From Gammaproteobacteria bacterium (GTDB lineage Bacteria > Pseudomonadota > Gammaproteobacteria > UBA9214): a DNA stretch of 47,456 bases. Made by a program: the position numbers and the translations under genes. The stretch is taken from NCBI GenBank assembly GCA_041552135.1, contig JBFELL010000002.1, positions 1 through 47,456 of the forward strand, written 5' to 3'. Of the stretch, positions 38,953-47,456 are shown piece after piece (position 1 is the stretch's first letter; each line of letters starts with the position of its first letter). A model generated the notes under the pieces. The model did no database searches. It was not told the DNA's origin and was given only the letters and a program-made list of their open reading frames with translations.

Positions 38953-39858
38953 TCAGCCATGCTGGTGGGATTCGCAGTAGGCGCGGGCAAAACTGAGCAG
39001 TTCGTCCATGGCCCGCTGGCGGAATTTCTGCTTTTGATGAACAAAGGAGAACGGCCGCTGGATCGGCGGGTCCAGTTCCAGCGCCACCAGCGAGCCAAGC
39101 TGCAGTTCCTTGTGAATAGTCACCTCGGAGACGATCGAGACACCCATGCCCGCCTCGACGGCACCCTTGATGGCCTCGGGGCTGCCCAGTTCCATGGAGA
39201 CATGCACATCACTGACCTGCATGCCGACATCCGCCAGGTACTCCTGGATGACCTCACGCGTGCCGGAACCCTCTTCACGCGCGATATAGGCATTTTCCAG
39301 CAGGTCTTTCACCGCCACGGTCTCCAGCGAGGCAAGTGCGTGCTGCGGCGGGACAATGGCCACCAGCCGGTCCTTGCGACACTCCTCCACCACCAGGTTC
39401 TTGTTCATCACCGGCGCCTCGACCACGCCGAGATCGATGTCGTTGTTCTCGACCATGGACACGATGCCGTCCGAGTTGGAGACCTTCAGGTGGACGTTGA
39501 TATCGGGATACTGCTTTTTGAAATCACCCAGCAGCGAGGGCAGCATGTACTCGGCGATGGTGGTGCTGGCACCGATGACCAGCATGCCGCTGATCTCGCC
39601 GGTCATATCGCGCACGGCGTTTTCCATCTCGGCGTAGAGTTCGAAAATCCGGTCGGCGAACTCGTAGACCCGCTGCCCGGCGTCGGTCAGGCTGATGCGG
39701 TTGTGGGTACGATCGAACAGTCGGGTATTGAACTGCTCTTCGAGCTGGCGCACCTGGAAGGTCACGGCCGGCTGCGTCATGTGCAGACTTTCCGCCGCCT
39801 TGGTGAAACTCAGCAGCCGGGCAACGGTGTGAAATACCTGTAATCTGCGATCGGACAT
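38953..39858 (-). CDS. LysR family transcriptional regulator
   Basis: 301 aa counted from the ATG at 39858. It has an N-terminal wHTH (LQVFHTVARLLSFTKAAESLHMTQPAVTFQVRQLE) and a LysR substrate-binding domain. Confidence 0.88.
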   Translation of the reverse strand: MSDRRLQVFHTVARLLSFTKAAESLHMTQPAVTFQVRQLEEQFNTRLFDRTHNRISLTDAGQRVYEFADRIFELYAEMENAVRDMTGEISGMLVIGASTTIAEYMLPSLLGDFKKQYPDINVHLKVSNSDGIVSMVENNDIDLGVVEAPVMNKNLVVEECRKDRLVAIVPPQHALASLETVAVKDLLENAYIAREEGSGTREVIQEYLADVGMQVSDVHVSMELGSPEAIKGAVEAGMGVSIVSEVTIHKELQLGSLVALELDPPIQRPFSFVHQKQKFRQRAMDELLSFARAYCESHQHG

Positions 39859-40173
39859 AAGCTTCCCGAAATAGGATCCCGCCGCAGTGCAGCGAGGCAA
39901 GCAACGCTAAACCGTTGAGACTATAAAATAATTTTGGGCAATACTCCATTGGTTTATGGGCCGGTTTATGGCTATACGCGACGGCCCCCTGCGCCCGTTT
40001 CATGCCAGCTGAGCGCAACAGCCGCCGCAGATCCCGACGAGGCGAAAGTCCGCCGGCTTGAACGGCCGCACCAGGCCGTTGTCAGCAGCAGCAACAAACC
40101 TGGATCAACCCACCATCCGGGCGTTACCCCCGCGGTTGCCGCCGCACCCCATTGATAGCATCATGACCCGGCC

Positions 40174-41457
40174 ATGACCACACAGGACGCCACCCGCAAA
40201 GACACCTCACGGCGCAACGCCGCCCGGCTGATCCTGCTGCGCAATGTCGAAATTGCTGCCATCGCCGCCGGCATCGCCATTGCAAGCGGCTATTTCGATC
40301 TGGCCCTGCCGTTGCCGCCGCTGTTCATCATCCTCGCGCTGATCGTTACCCTGAATATGGTCGCCTGGCTGCGTTACCGGCGCGGCACGCCGATCAGCGA
40401 CGGCGAGATCTTCAGCCACATGCTGCTGGATGTCGCGGGGCTCACCGGCATCTTCTTCTTTACCGGCGGCGCCTCCAATCCGTTTGTCTGGTTCTACCTG
40501 CTGCCGCTCATGATCGCGGCAACCATCCTGCCCCGCACCCATACCTGGATCATGGCCGCCGTGACCGTCATCGCCTACACCAGCCTGTTCCTGATCGACG
40601 CACCGGCTGTTACAGAGCATGCCCGTCATGACCATGCCAGCGGTTTCGAGATGCACGTGTTCGGCATGTGGCTGGGATTCGTCATGAGCGCCGGTTTCGT
40701 CGCCGTCATCATTGTCGGCATGGCGCATACCCTGCGACAGCGCGACCGGCGGCTGGCCGAGGCCCGCGAACAGGCGCTGCAGAACGAGCGCCTGGTGGCA
40801 CTGGGCACGCTCGCCGCCGGCGCGGCCCATGAACTCGGCACCCCGCTTGGCACCATGGCGATACTGGCCGCGGAACTCGAGCACGAGTACAGTGATGCGG
40901 CCCATGGCGAACTGCACGCCAAGCTCGGCATCCTGCGCAGCCAGGTGGACCGCTGCAAGGACGCGCTGTCGGTGATCTCGGCCGAGGCCGGTGCCGACCG
41001 GGCCGAGTCCGGACACCGCTTGCCGGTCAGGGAATTTCTGGCAAAGGTCATCGGCGAGTGGCAGTCGCAGCGTCCGGAGGCTTCGCTTGACTACGGCATG
41101 ACCGAACCGGCACCGGACGCCTGGATACTCGCAGAGCGCACACTCACCCAGGCGCTGGTCAATATCCTGAACAACGCCGCGGACGCCTCGCCGGACGATG
41201 TCAGGTTCCAGTCGGGCTGGTCCGACACGGAACTGTTACTGGAAATCGGCGACCGTGGCACGGGTATCGACATGGCCATCGAGGGGCAGCTCGGCAAGAC
41301 CCCGGTGAGCACGAAAAACGGCGGTCTGGGAGTCGGACTGTACCTTGCCCATGCTACCCTGCAGCGTCTGGGTGGCACCGTCACGGTTCGCAACCGGCAA
41401 GGCGGCGGCACCCTTACGCGTATAACCCTGCCCCTGCTGGCTGACAAGGCAGGCTGA
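40174..41457 (+). CDS. regB: redox-responsive sensor histidine kinase, RegB/PrrB family
   Basis: It has six N-terminal TM segments and the RegB-typical quinone-site heptapeptide GGASNPF. The H-box is AAHELGTPL, followed by a Cys-containing redox-box region (QVDRCKDAL) and an HATPase domain. Confidence 0.85.
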   Translation: MTTQDATRKDTSRRNAARLILLRNVEIAAIAAGIAIASGYFDLALPLPPLFIILALIVTLNMVAWLRYRRGTPISDGEIFSHMLLDVAGLTGIFFFTGGASNPFVWFYLLPLMIAATILPRTHTWIMAAVTVIAYTSLFLIDAPAVTEHARHDHASGFEMHVFGMWLGFVMSAGFVAVIIVGMAHTLRQRDRRLAEAREQALQNERLVALGTLAAGAAHELGTPLGTMAILAAELEHEYSDAAHGELHAKLGILRSQVDRCKDALSVISAEAGADRAESGHRLPVREFLAKVIGEWQSQRPEASLDYGMTEPAPDAWILAERTLTQALVNILNNAADASPDDVRFQSGWSDTELLLEIGDRGTGIDMAIEGQLGKTPVSTKNGGLGVGLYLAHATLQRLGGTVTVRNRQGGGTLTRITLPLLADKAG

Positions 41458-41461
41458 CACC

Positions 41462-42016
41462 ATGAATGACAAAACGACCGACAACGACCAGCCGGTACTG
41501 CTGCTCGTCGATGATGACGCGATTTATTGCCAGGTGCTTGGCGATGCGCTGAAAAAGCGCGGTTACCGCGTTTTCACTGCCCGAGACCTCGCGGCGGCCC
41601 TGCAGCTGGCGCGCAGCCATGAGCCCGAGTATGCCGTTGTGGATCTGCGCATCGGCATGGAATCGGGTCTGGAGCTGGTCAGGCAACTGGCCGAACTCGA
41701 TGAGAACACCCGCATCGTCATGCTGACCGGCTACGCCAGTGTGGCCACCGCCGTCGAGGCCATCAAGCTCGGCGCCGTGCACTACCTGGCCAAGCCGGCC
41801 AATGCCGATGAGGTGGTCGCCGCCCTGCAGCGCACCGAGGGTGATGCCACGGTAACGCCTGCCGGGAGTCCGCTGTCCGTCAAACGCCTCGAGTGGGAGC
41901 ACCTGCAAAAGGTCCTGATGGAACATGACGGCAACATCTCCGCGGCCGCCCGCGCCCTGAAGATGCACCGCCGCACCCTGCAGCGTAAACTCGCCAAGCA
42001 CCCGGTCAGGGAATAG
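41462..42016 (+). CDS. regA: response regulator, RegA/PrrA/ActR family
   Basis: A receiver domain is followed by the nearly invariant RegA-type HTH (NISAAARALKMHRRTLQRKLAKHP). It lies 4 nt downstream of regB. Confidence 0.88.
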   Translation: MNDKTTDNDQPVLLLVDDDAIYCQVLGDALKKRGYRVFTARDLAAALQLARSHEPEYAVVDLRIGMESGLELVRQLAELDENTRIVMLTGYASVATAVEAIKLGAVHYLAKPANADEVVAALQRTEGDATVTPAGSPLSVKRLEWEHLQKVLMEHDGNISAAARALKMHRRTLQRKLAKHPVRE

Positions 42017-42214
42017 CCCGCCCCAATGTTGCTCGCACACAACATATCACGCCTGGAAATACCATTTGACTCTCAATAATATCGCCGATAAGGCATTTCA
42101 GCTGTTGTTATTTTGCGTCATGTGTTGTAGTTTCCCCAACAGCGGAGGGGGTTTCTGTTTTACTGTCAGATACACACTGGCAGAAAATAAATCTGAGCGA
42201 GCGAGGAGAACACC

Positions 42215-43588
42215 ATGGTCAAACGCCATTTGCCAACAAACGCAGTGGTCAAATCCGCCATCCCGGCATTGCTGTTGCTGACCGGCACCGCTGTTCAGGC
42301 CAGTGGCTTTGGCCTGATCGAGCAGAGCGTCAGCAGCATGGGTACGGCCTACGCCAATGGCGCCTCCGGTATCGATGATGCCAGCACCATCTGGTTCAAC
42401 CCCGCAACCATGACCCGATTGCAGGGACAACAGGCCTCGGGTGGCGCTCACATCGTCTGGTCCCGGGTTGATATCGACGCCGATGCTAACGTTGCCCCGG
42501 AGGTCCCTATATACGGCGGCACTGTAGTTAAAGGCAAGAACAACACCGATACCGATGTCCTGGCAGGAGTCCCGCATGCCGGATATTCACACCAGGTCAA
42601 TGATGATCTCTGGCTGGGCTTTTCCGTCAACGTCCCGTTCGGTCTCGAAACCGATTATGACGATGAATGGGTTGGCCGTTATCATGCCCTGAAATCGGAA
42701 CTCCTCACCATCAATTTCAACCCGTCGCTGGCATTCAAGTTCCATGAGAAAGCCTCAGTGGGTATCGGCGTCAGCGCCATGTACGCGGACGGCGAACTGA
42801 CCAATGCCCTGGATGGCGGTCTGTTAGGCAGCCTGCAGTCTATTGGCGGTGGTGGCCCACCGATCCCCGGCTGGGTTCCCGGCTCATCCAGTTTCGACAG
42901 CGAAGCAAAACTGACCGGTGACGACTGGGGCTATGGCTGGAACGCCGGTCTGCTGCTGGAACCGACCAAACACACCCGCATTGGCCTGCAGTACCGCTCC
43001 AAGGTCGATCTCGATCTTACCGGTGAAATCGAAGCCAGCGGCCCGATCATCAACATCGAGGATGATGCCGAGTTGTCGATCACCCTGCCGGATTCCTGGT
43101 CCATCAGCGCCTACCACGACATCAACGACAGGTTCGCGATCATGGCCGATGTGACCTGGACCGAGTGGAGCGAGCTTGATGAAATACGGATCAAGCGGGA
43201 TTCCGGCAACCAGATCCTGGCGATCTGGGACTGGGAAGACACCGTGCGCTATGCGCTTGGCGGCAGCTACAAACACAACAGTAACTGGCTGTTCCGGACC
43301 GGCGTCGCGTTTGACGAGGGCGCCACGCCGAATGACAGGTTGCGCACCCCGCGCGTGCCGGATGACGACCGCATCTGGTTCACGCTTGGCGCCAACTACC
43401 AGTACTCGGAGCAGATGAGCGTCGACTTCGGTTATGCCCACCTGTTCGTCGATGACCCGGAGCTGGATAATGTCGAGAGCACCTTTGACCCGACTATCGG
43501 CCAGACAGCCGGGACCCATGATATCAGCGGCAAATACGACGCGGCAGTTGACATGTTCAGTGTGCAGTTCAACTGGAAATTCAACTAG
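42215..43588 (+). CDS. outer membrane transport protein, OmpP1/FadL/TodX family
   Basis: A signal peptide is followed by ASGFGLIEQSVSSMGTAYANGA, the typical FadL N-terminal hatch. The beta-barrel signature ends in FNWKFN. Confidence 0.88.
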   Translation: MVKRHLPTNAVVKSAIPALLLLTGTAVQASGFGLIEQSVSSMGTAYANGASGIDDASTIWFNPATMTRLQGQQASGGAHIVWSRVDIDADANVAPEVPIYGGTVVKGKNNTDTDVLAGVPHAGYSHQVNDDLWLGFSVNVPFGLETDYDDEWVGRYHALKSELLTINFNPSLAFKFHEKASVGIGVSAMYADGELTNALDGGLLGSLQSIGGGGPPIPGWVPGSSSFDSEAKLTGDDWGYGWNAGLLLEPTKHTRIGLQYRSKVDLDLTGEIEASGPIINIEDDAELSITLPDSWSISAYHDINDRFAIMADVTWTEWSELDEIRIKRDSGNQILAIWDWEDTVRYALGGSYKHNSNWLFRTGVAFDEGATPNDRLRTPRVPDDDRIWFTLGANYQYSEQMSVDFGYAHLFVDDPELDNVESTFDPTIGQTAGTHDISGKYDAAVDMFSVQFNWKFN

Positions 43589-43608
43589 ACCGGCCGAACC
43601 CACAGGCA

Positions 43609-43642
43609 TAAAAAAACCCCGGCCAGTTGTCCGGGGTTTTTT
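43609..43642. terminator. bidirectional rho-independent terminator
   Basis: AAAAAAA-CCCCGG-ccagttgt-CCGGGG-TTTTTTT lies between the convergent fadL-like gene and tusA. Confidence 0.75.
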
Positions 43643-43674
43643 TGTCAGATCCCTGAAGCGGATCGGGATGGTGT

Positions 43675-43905
43675 TCAGCCCTTGCGCATCAGGAACATGA
43701 ACTTGCCACCCTCCTCGGTCGACTGCATCAATTCGTTGCCGGTCTGCTTGGCAAACGCCTCGAAGTCCTTGACTGAACCCGGGTCTGTTGCAATGATGCG
43801 CAGCACCTTGCCGCTTTCCATTCCATTCAGCGCCTTTTTCGCACGCAAGATCGGCAGTGGGCAATTCAGGCCCGTGGCATCAAGTTCTTCATCAAAATCG
43901 GCCAT
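43675..43905 (-). CDS. tusA: sulfurtransferase TusA family protein
   Basis: 76 aa. The conserved active-site motif GLNCPLPILRAKKAL is present (Cys-Pro-x-Pro). Confidence 0.88.
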   Translation of the reverse strand: MADFDEELDATGLNCPLPILRAKKALNGMESGKVLRIIATDPGSVKDFEAFAKQTGNELMQSTEEGGKFMFLMRKG

Positions 43906-44098
43906 TTTTTTCTCTCCTGATTATGGTGTTGACAACATTGCACTAATCCGACTCTGCAGATCGCAGCTATATTAGAATAGGTGGGTGAACTTATGCTAAT
44001 ACGTCAAGGAACGCAAGACCCTGTCTGCCGATCATCGAGGAAATCGGCCTGAATACGCCTGAACCTTGACGCTTGCTTACTGTCTGACCAAAGAATCC

Positions 44099-45589
44099 AT
44101 GATGAACAAACTCAAACCCCACCGCATCGCCTGGACGCTGATTGTTGCGCTCACCGTGCTGTACCCGGGACTTGCCCCCCGTGCCGAAAATCTCTATTCC
44201 GACCTGCCCAGTATTGGCGATTCCGCCGGCTCGGTCATCTCGCCGGTGGAGGAAAGGAAACTGGGCGCCGCCTTTATGCGGCGCATACGCCAGTCGGGTA
44301 TGGTGCTGGATGACCTGGAGATCACCAGCTACCTCAGGTCCCTGGGACGCCGGCTCGCCACCAACAGCGAAGCACCGGCCCAGCAATTCATCTTTTTCGT
44401 CGTCAACGAACCGTCGATCAATGCCTTTGCCGGCCCGGGGGGGTATATCGGTGTACATACCGGCCTGTTCCTCGCCTCGGAATCCGAAAGCGAGCTGGCC
44501 GGTGTACTGGCCCATGAAATCGCGCACGTCACGCAGCGCCACCTGGCCCGCGCCTTCGAGGCGGCCGACAACCTGAGTATCCCGTCCATGGCCGCCCTCA
44601 TCGCCGCGGTACTGATCGGCACCCAGAACACCGATGCCGGGGTCGCCACCGCGGCGATTGCCCAGGCCGGCAGCCTGCAATACCAGATCAATTTCACCCG
44701 CGCCAACGAGTACGAGGCGGACCGCGTCGGCATCCAGACCCTGGCAAACGCCGGCCTGGACCCCTACGGCATGCCGGTGTTCTTCGAGCGCCTGCAGAAA
44801 AGCTCCCGGCTCTATGGCAGTCGCCCGCCCGAATTCCTGAGCACCCACCCGGTCACCACCAATCGAATCGCCGAGGCGACCTCGCGCGCGGAGAACTACC
44901 CGCCCGGCAACAAGGACAGCCTGGACTTCCAGCTGATCCGCGCCAGGCTGCGGGTCATGACCTACGATAACCCGCACCAGGTCATTGACGACTACCGCCA
45001 GTACCGCAAACGCGGCGAGCGGGCCGAACCCTATGAGCAGTACGAATACGCCCTGCTGCTTGCCGCCACCGACGCGCACCGGGAGGCCGTGAAGATCCTG
45101 CAGTCCCTGCACCGCAAGGACCCCGATCGGATCGCCTACCGGCTGGCGCTTGCCGCCATGTACCGCAAGACCGGCGAGTCGGCGCAGGCGCTTGCCCTCT
45201 ACGAGGACAGCCTGGAACTGTATCCGGGCAGCCTGGAACTGATGGTGCCCTACGCCAGCGCGCTGCTGGCAAACGGCAGGGCAAAGGATGCCTATCAGCT
45301 GCTCAGGGATTCCTACACCATCAGCGACATTAGTAATGATAAATATAATGATCCGCATATATACAAGCTGCTGGCACAGGCCGCCGAGGCCATGGGCCGC
45401 GAGGCACAGATGCACGGCGCCATGTCACAGTATTACTTTCTGAACGGCTTTACCCGTCAGGCGATCCAGCAACTGCAGCTGGCCAGGCGCGAGTCCGGCC
45501 TGACGGACTATGAAACCGCGCGTATACAGGCACGGCTTGAAGAATTGAAGCAATTGCTCGCTGAAGAGGAAAAACAGAAACAATCCTAA
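44099..45589 (+). CDS. bepA: M48 family metalloprotease with TPR domain (BepA/YfgC-like beta-barrel assembly-enhancing protease)
   Basis: It has a signal peptide, the HEIAHV zinc motif and C-terminal TPR-like repeats. I preferred the ATG at 44099 over the TTG at 44066. Confidence 0.85.
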   Translation: MMNKLKPHRIAWTLIVALTVLYPGLAPRAENLYSDLPSIGDSAGSVISPVEERKLGAAFMRRIRQSGMVLDDLEITSYLRSLGRRLATNSEAPAQQFIFFVVNEPSINAFAGPGGYIGVHTGLFLASESESELAGVLAHEIAHVTQRHLARAFEAADNLSIPSMAALIAAVLIGTQNTDAGVATAAIAQAGSLQYQINFTRANEYEADRVGIQTLANAGLDPYGMPVFFERLQKSSRLYGSRPPEFLSTHPVTTNRIAEATSRAENYPPGNKDSLDFQLIRARLRVMTYDNPHQVIDDYRQYRKRGERAEPYEQYEYALLLAATDAHREAVKILQSLHRKDPDRIAYRLALAAMYRKTGESAQALALYEDSLELYPGSLELMVPYASALLANGRAKDAYQLLRDSYTISDISNDKYNDPHIYKLLAQAAEAMGREAQMHGAMSQYYFLNGFTRQAIQQLQLARRESGLTDYETARIQARLEELKQLLAEEEKQKQS

Positions 45590-45727
45590 TAGCCTTAGGG
45601 ATTTTGCTGTTGACACCCTGCAAAAGCGGGTGCTAACTTCACCCAGCTGAAAGAAAAAGCCCTGACGTATCATAAGAAGCGGGTCAATCCGTACCAAACC
45701 ATTAAACGACCATCTGGAGTGGAATCA

Positions 45728-46069
45728 ATGAAGAAACGCCTGTCAGCCAAGCTATTGGCAATCGCATTGCTTACCATCGGCCTCAACGCAGGTTGTGCCG
45801 AATCCCAAAAGAAGGAATCTTCTGCACCTGCCTCCATGGCCAGCCCTGAAGCTACATCGGCTATCGCAAATGCCGGTGATGCCATCAAGATGGCAAAAGC
45901 AAACAGCTGGATCTGGCGGGATACCGAGAAATTCCTGAAGGAAGCCCAGGCTGCTGCCGAGAAGGGTGAGAACGCGACCGCCATAAAGCTGGCGAACAAG
46001 GCCAAGTACCAGGCTGAAGCCGCGGTCATCCAGTACAACCACGAGAAGAACAATCCACGCGGACTGTAA
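45728..46069 (+). CDS. small helical lipoprotein of unknown function, first gene of the sox cluster
   Basis: The ATG at 45728 has GGAG upstream. Lipobox LNAGC. The mature part is about 90 aa, Ala/Lys/Glu-rich and predicted helical (ANSWIWRDTEKFLKEAQAAAEKGE...). Confidence 0.6.
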   Translation: MKKRLSAKLLAIALLTIGLNAGCAESQKKESSAPASMASPEATSAIANAGDAIKMAKANSWIWRDTEKFLKEAQAAAEKGENATAIKLANKAKYQAEAAVIQYNHEKNNPRGL

Positions 46070-46120
46070 GCTCGTATACACACTCATAGATCCACGACAG
46101 CAAAATTTGAGGAGATCACC

Positions 46121-46498
46121 ATGCGGAATACCGCGAGTATCCTGAAAACCGTCTTCACGCTCGTCGCCCTGCTGGGTACCCTGCTGCTGGGCTCGATTGC
46201 CCCGGCAAACGCGGAAGAAGCGAAGACAATCGCAGAGAAAGGCAAGGCCGTTGCAATCGACCGCAAGAAAGGCAATTGCCTTGCCTGCCATGCCATGGAC
46301 GACGGCAGCCTGCCGGGCAACATCGGACCGCCGCTTGTCAGCATGAAACTTCGCTTCCCCGACAAGGCCGTGCTGCGGGAGCAGATCTGGGATTCAACCG
46401 TCAAGAACCCGAACACCATCATGCCTCCCTTCGGCCGGCACAAGATGCTTTCCGAGGAAGAGATCGACTGGATTACCGAATACGTCTACAGCCTGTAA
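46121..46498 (+). CDS. soxX: sulfur oxidation c-type cytochrome SoxX
   Basis: 125 aa with GAGGAG upstream. It has a signal peptide and a single heme motif in the SoxX context (KKGNCLACHAM...LPGNIGPPL). It lies directly upstream of soxYZ. Confidence 0.8.
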   Translation: MRNTASILKTVFTLVALLGTLLLGSIAPANAEEAKTIAEKGKAVAIDRKKGNCLACHAMDDGSLPGNIGPPLVSMKLRFPDKAVLREQIWDSTVKNPNTIMPPFGRHKMLSEEEIDWITEYVYSL

Positions 46499-46541
46499 GT
46501 ACGGCTGCAGAGAACCGCACATATACCCAGGAGAAGCACAC

Positions 46542-47012
46542 GTGACTAGTATGAAACGCAGAACATTTCTAAAGGGCTCGATTGCAACCGGCGCCGTTGG
46601 CATTGCCGCAGGCGCAGGCCTGCTGACACCGCAAATGGTACTCGCCGCCTGGCCGAAGTCCGCCTTCGACGCCACCACTGTCGATGACGCCCTCAGCGGC
46701 CTGTTCGGCAGCAAGACACTGACCGGCAGCGACCAGATCAAGATCAAGGCCCCGGATATCGCCGAAAACGGCGCGGTTGTACCGGTCTCCGTCACCACGG
46801 AACTCGCCGCTGAATCCATCAGCATCATTGCCGAGAAGAACGCCAGCCCGCTGGCCGCTTCCTTCATCCTTGGCTCCGACACGGAAGGCTATGTCTCCAC
46901 CCGCATCAAGATGGGCAAGACAGCCAGCGTGATCGCCGTCGTGAAGTCCGGCGACAAGCTGTACAGCACGGGCAAGGAAGTCAAGGTCACCATCGGCGGT
47001 TGCGGCGGTTAA
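46542..47012 (+). CDS. soxY: thiosulfate oxidation carrier protein SoxY
   Basis: It has a twin-arginine signal (KRRTFLKG) and the diagnostic C-terminal GGCGG swinging-arm motif. The GTG at 46542 is 8 nt from AGGAG; an alternative ATG lies at 46551. Confidence 0.9.
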   Translation: MTSMKRRTFLKGSIATGAVGIAAGAGLLTPQMVLAAWPKSAFDATTVDDALSGLFGSKTLTGSDQIKIKAPDIAENGAVVPVSVTTELAAESISIIAEKNASPLAASFILGSDTEGYVSTRIKMGKTASVIAVVKSGDKLYSTGKEVKVTIGGCGG

Positions 47013-47067
47013 CCGGCCCTCAGCCTCACCTGACAGACACAAAGATTCAGCATAGAGAGGAATTAAC

Positions 47068-47379
47068 ATGTCCAGTATTAAAATGCGTGCAAAGGCCAGT
47101 GGCGGCGTAACCACCATCAAGGCCCTGATCAGTCACCCGATGGAAACCGGGACTCGCAAAGACAAGAAGACCGGCAAGAAAATACCGGCCCACTTCATCC
47201 AGGAAGTCGTCTGCAAACATGGCGACAAAACGGTCATGACCGCACAGTGGGGTGCAGCCATTTCCAAGAACCCTTACCTGTCTTTCAAGTTCAAGGGGGG
47301 CAATGCCGGCGATGCGATTACGCTGAGCTGGACCGACAACAAGGGCAACAGTGACAGCTCCGAAGGCGCCATCTCCTGA
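47068..47379 (+). CDS. soxZ: thiosulfate oxidation carrier complex protein SoxZ
   Basis: 103 aa. It matches SoxZ-like sequence (IKALISHPMETG...FIQEVVCKHGDKTVMTAQWGAAISKNPYLSFKF) and is adjacent to soxY. Confidence 0.9.
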   Translation: MSSIKMRAKASGGVTTIKALISHPMETGTRKDKKTGKKIPAHFIQEVVCKHGDKTVMTAQWGAAISKNPYLSFKFKGGNAGDAITLSWTDNKGNSDSSEGAIS

Positions 47380-47433
47380 ACCGCCCTTTAAACCAAGAAC
47401 CAACCCCCTACTGACCTGGAGGAGAAACACCCA

Positions 47434-47456
47434 ATGAGAAAACTCCTTACCGCAAC
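47434..47456 (+). CDS. start of next ORF (3' truncated by window end), possibly soxA by synteny
   Basis: The ATG at 47434 is preceded by GGAGGAGA. Only 7 codons (MRKLLTA) are visible. Identity is inferred only from the common soxXYZA gene order. Confidence 0.35.

Noticed and set aside
39934-40155. 73-aa plus-strand ORF in the lysR-regB intergenic region.
   Set aside because: It has no SD and gives a Pro/Ala/Val-rich low-complexity product. The region is more plausibly the regB leader or promoter.

Overview
This is a GC-rich chromosomal segment with gammaproteobacterial gene content and order. It most likely comes from a chemolithoautotrophic sulfur oxidiser: soxX-soxY-soxZ sit at the 3' end, tusA is present, and there is a secreted Gly/Tyr/Trp repeat protein resembling sulfur-globule envelope proteins. 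Most of the window is housekeeping. It holds a minus-strand block glyA-nrdR-ribD-ribE-ribBA-ribH-nusB-thiL-pgpA (3.7-11.7 kb), plus ettA, feoABC, purL, dapA-bamC, gcvR-bcp, perM, regBA, a FadL-type porin and bepA. I saw no rRNA, tRNA, CRISPR array, transposase or integrase.

Five things stand out:
1. A tightly coupled four-gene module at 18.4-20.7 kb: two paralogous DUF1538-type membrane proteins, a PII-like protein and a CBS-pair protein. I read it as an uncharacterised, doubly ligand-gated transporter. It is the best candidate for an undescribed system.
2. A small lower-GC islet at about 25.4-29.0 kb with orphan ORFs. It includes the signal-peptide (GYPGYGGWG)x5 protein, which is encoded by perfect 27-bp tandem repeats.
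3. A family of MITE/REP-like palindromic elements with TTCACCGC...GCGGTGAA termini at five or more intergenic loci. Two of them lie inside the riboflavin operon, and one of those is a nested composite.
4. A Tat-exported Cys-rich four-helix-bundle (Csp1-like) putative copper storage protein.
5. A Fur-box-like, palindrome-dense AT-rich operator region in front of feoABC.

The many long antisense ORFs in the track are high-GC shadow ORFs and were rejected. All family names come from motif recognition by eye and need HMM/BLAST confirmation.
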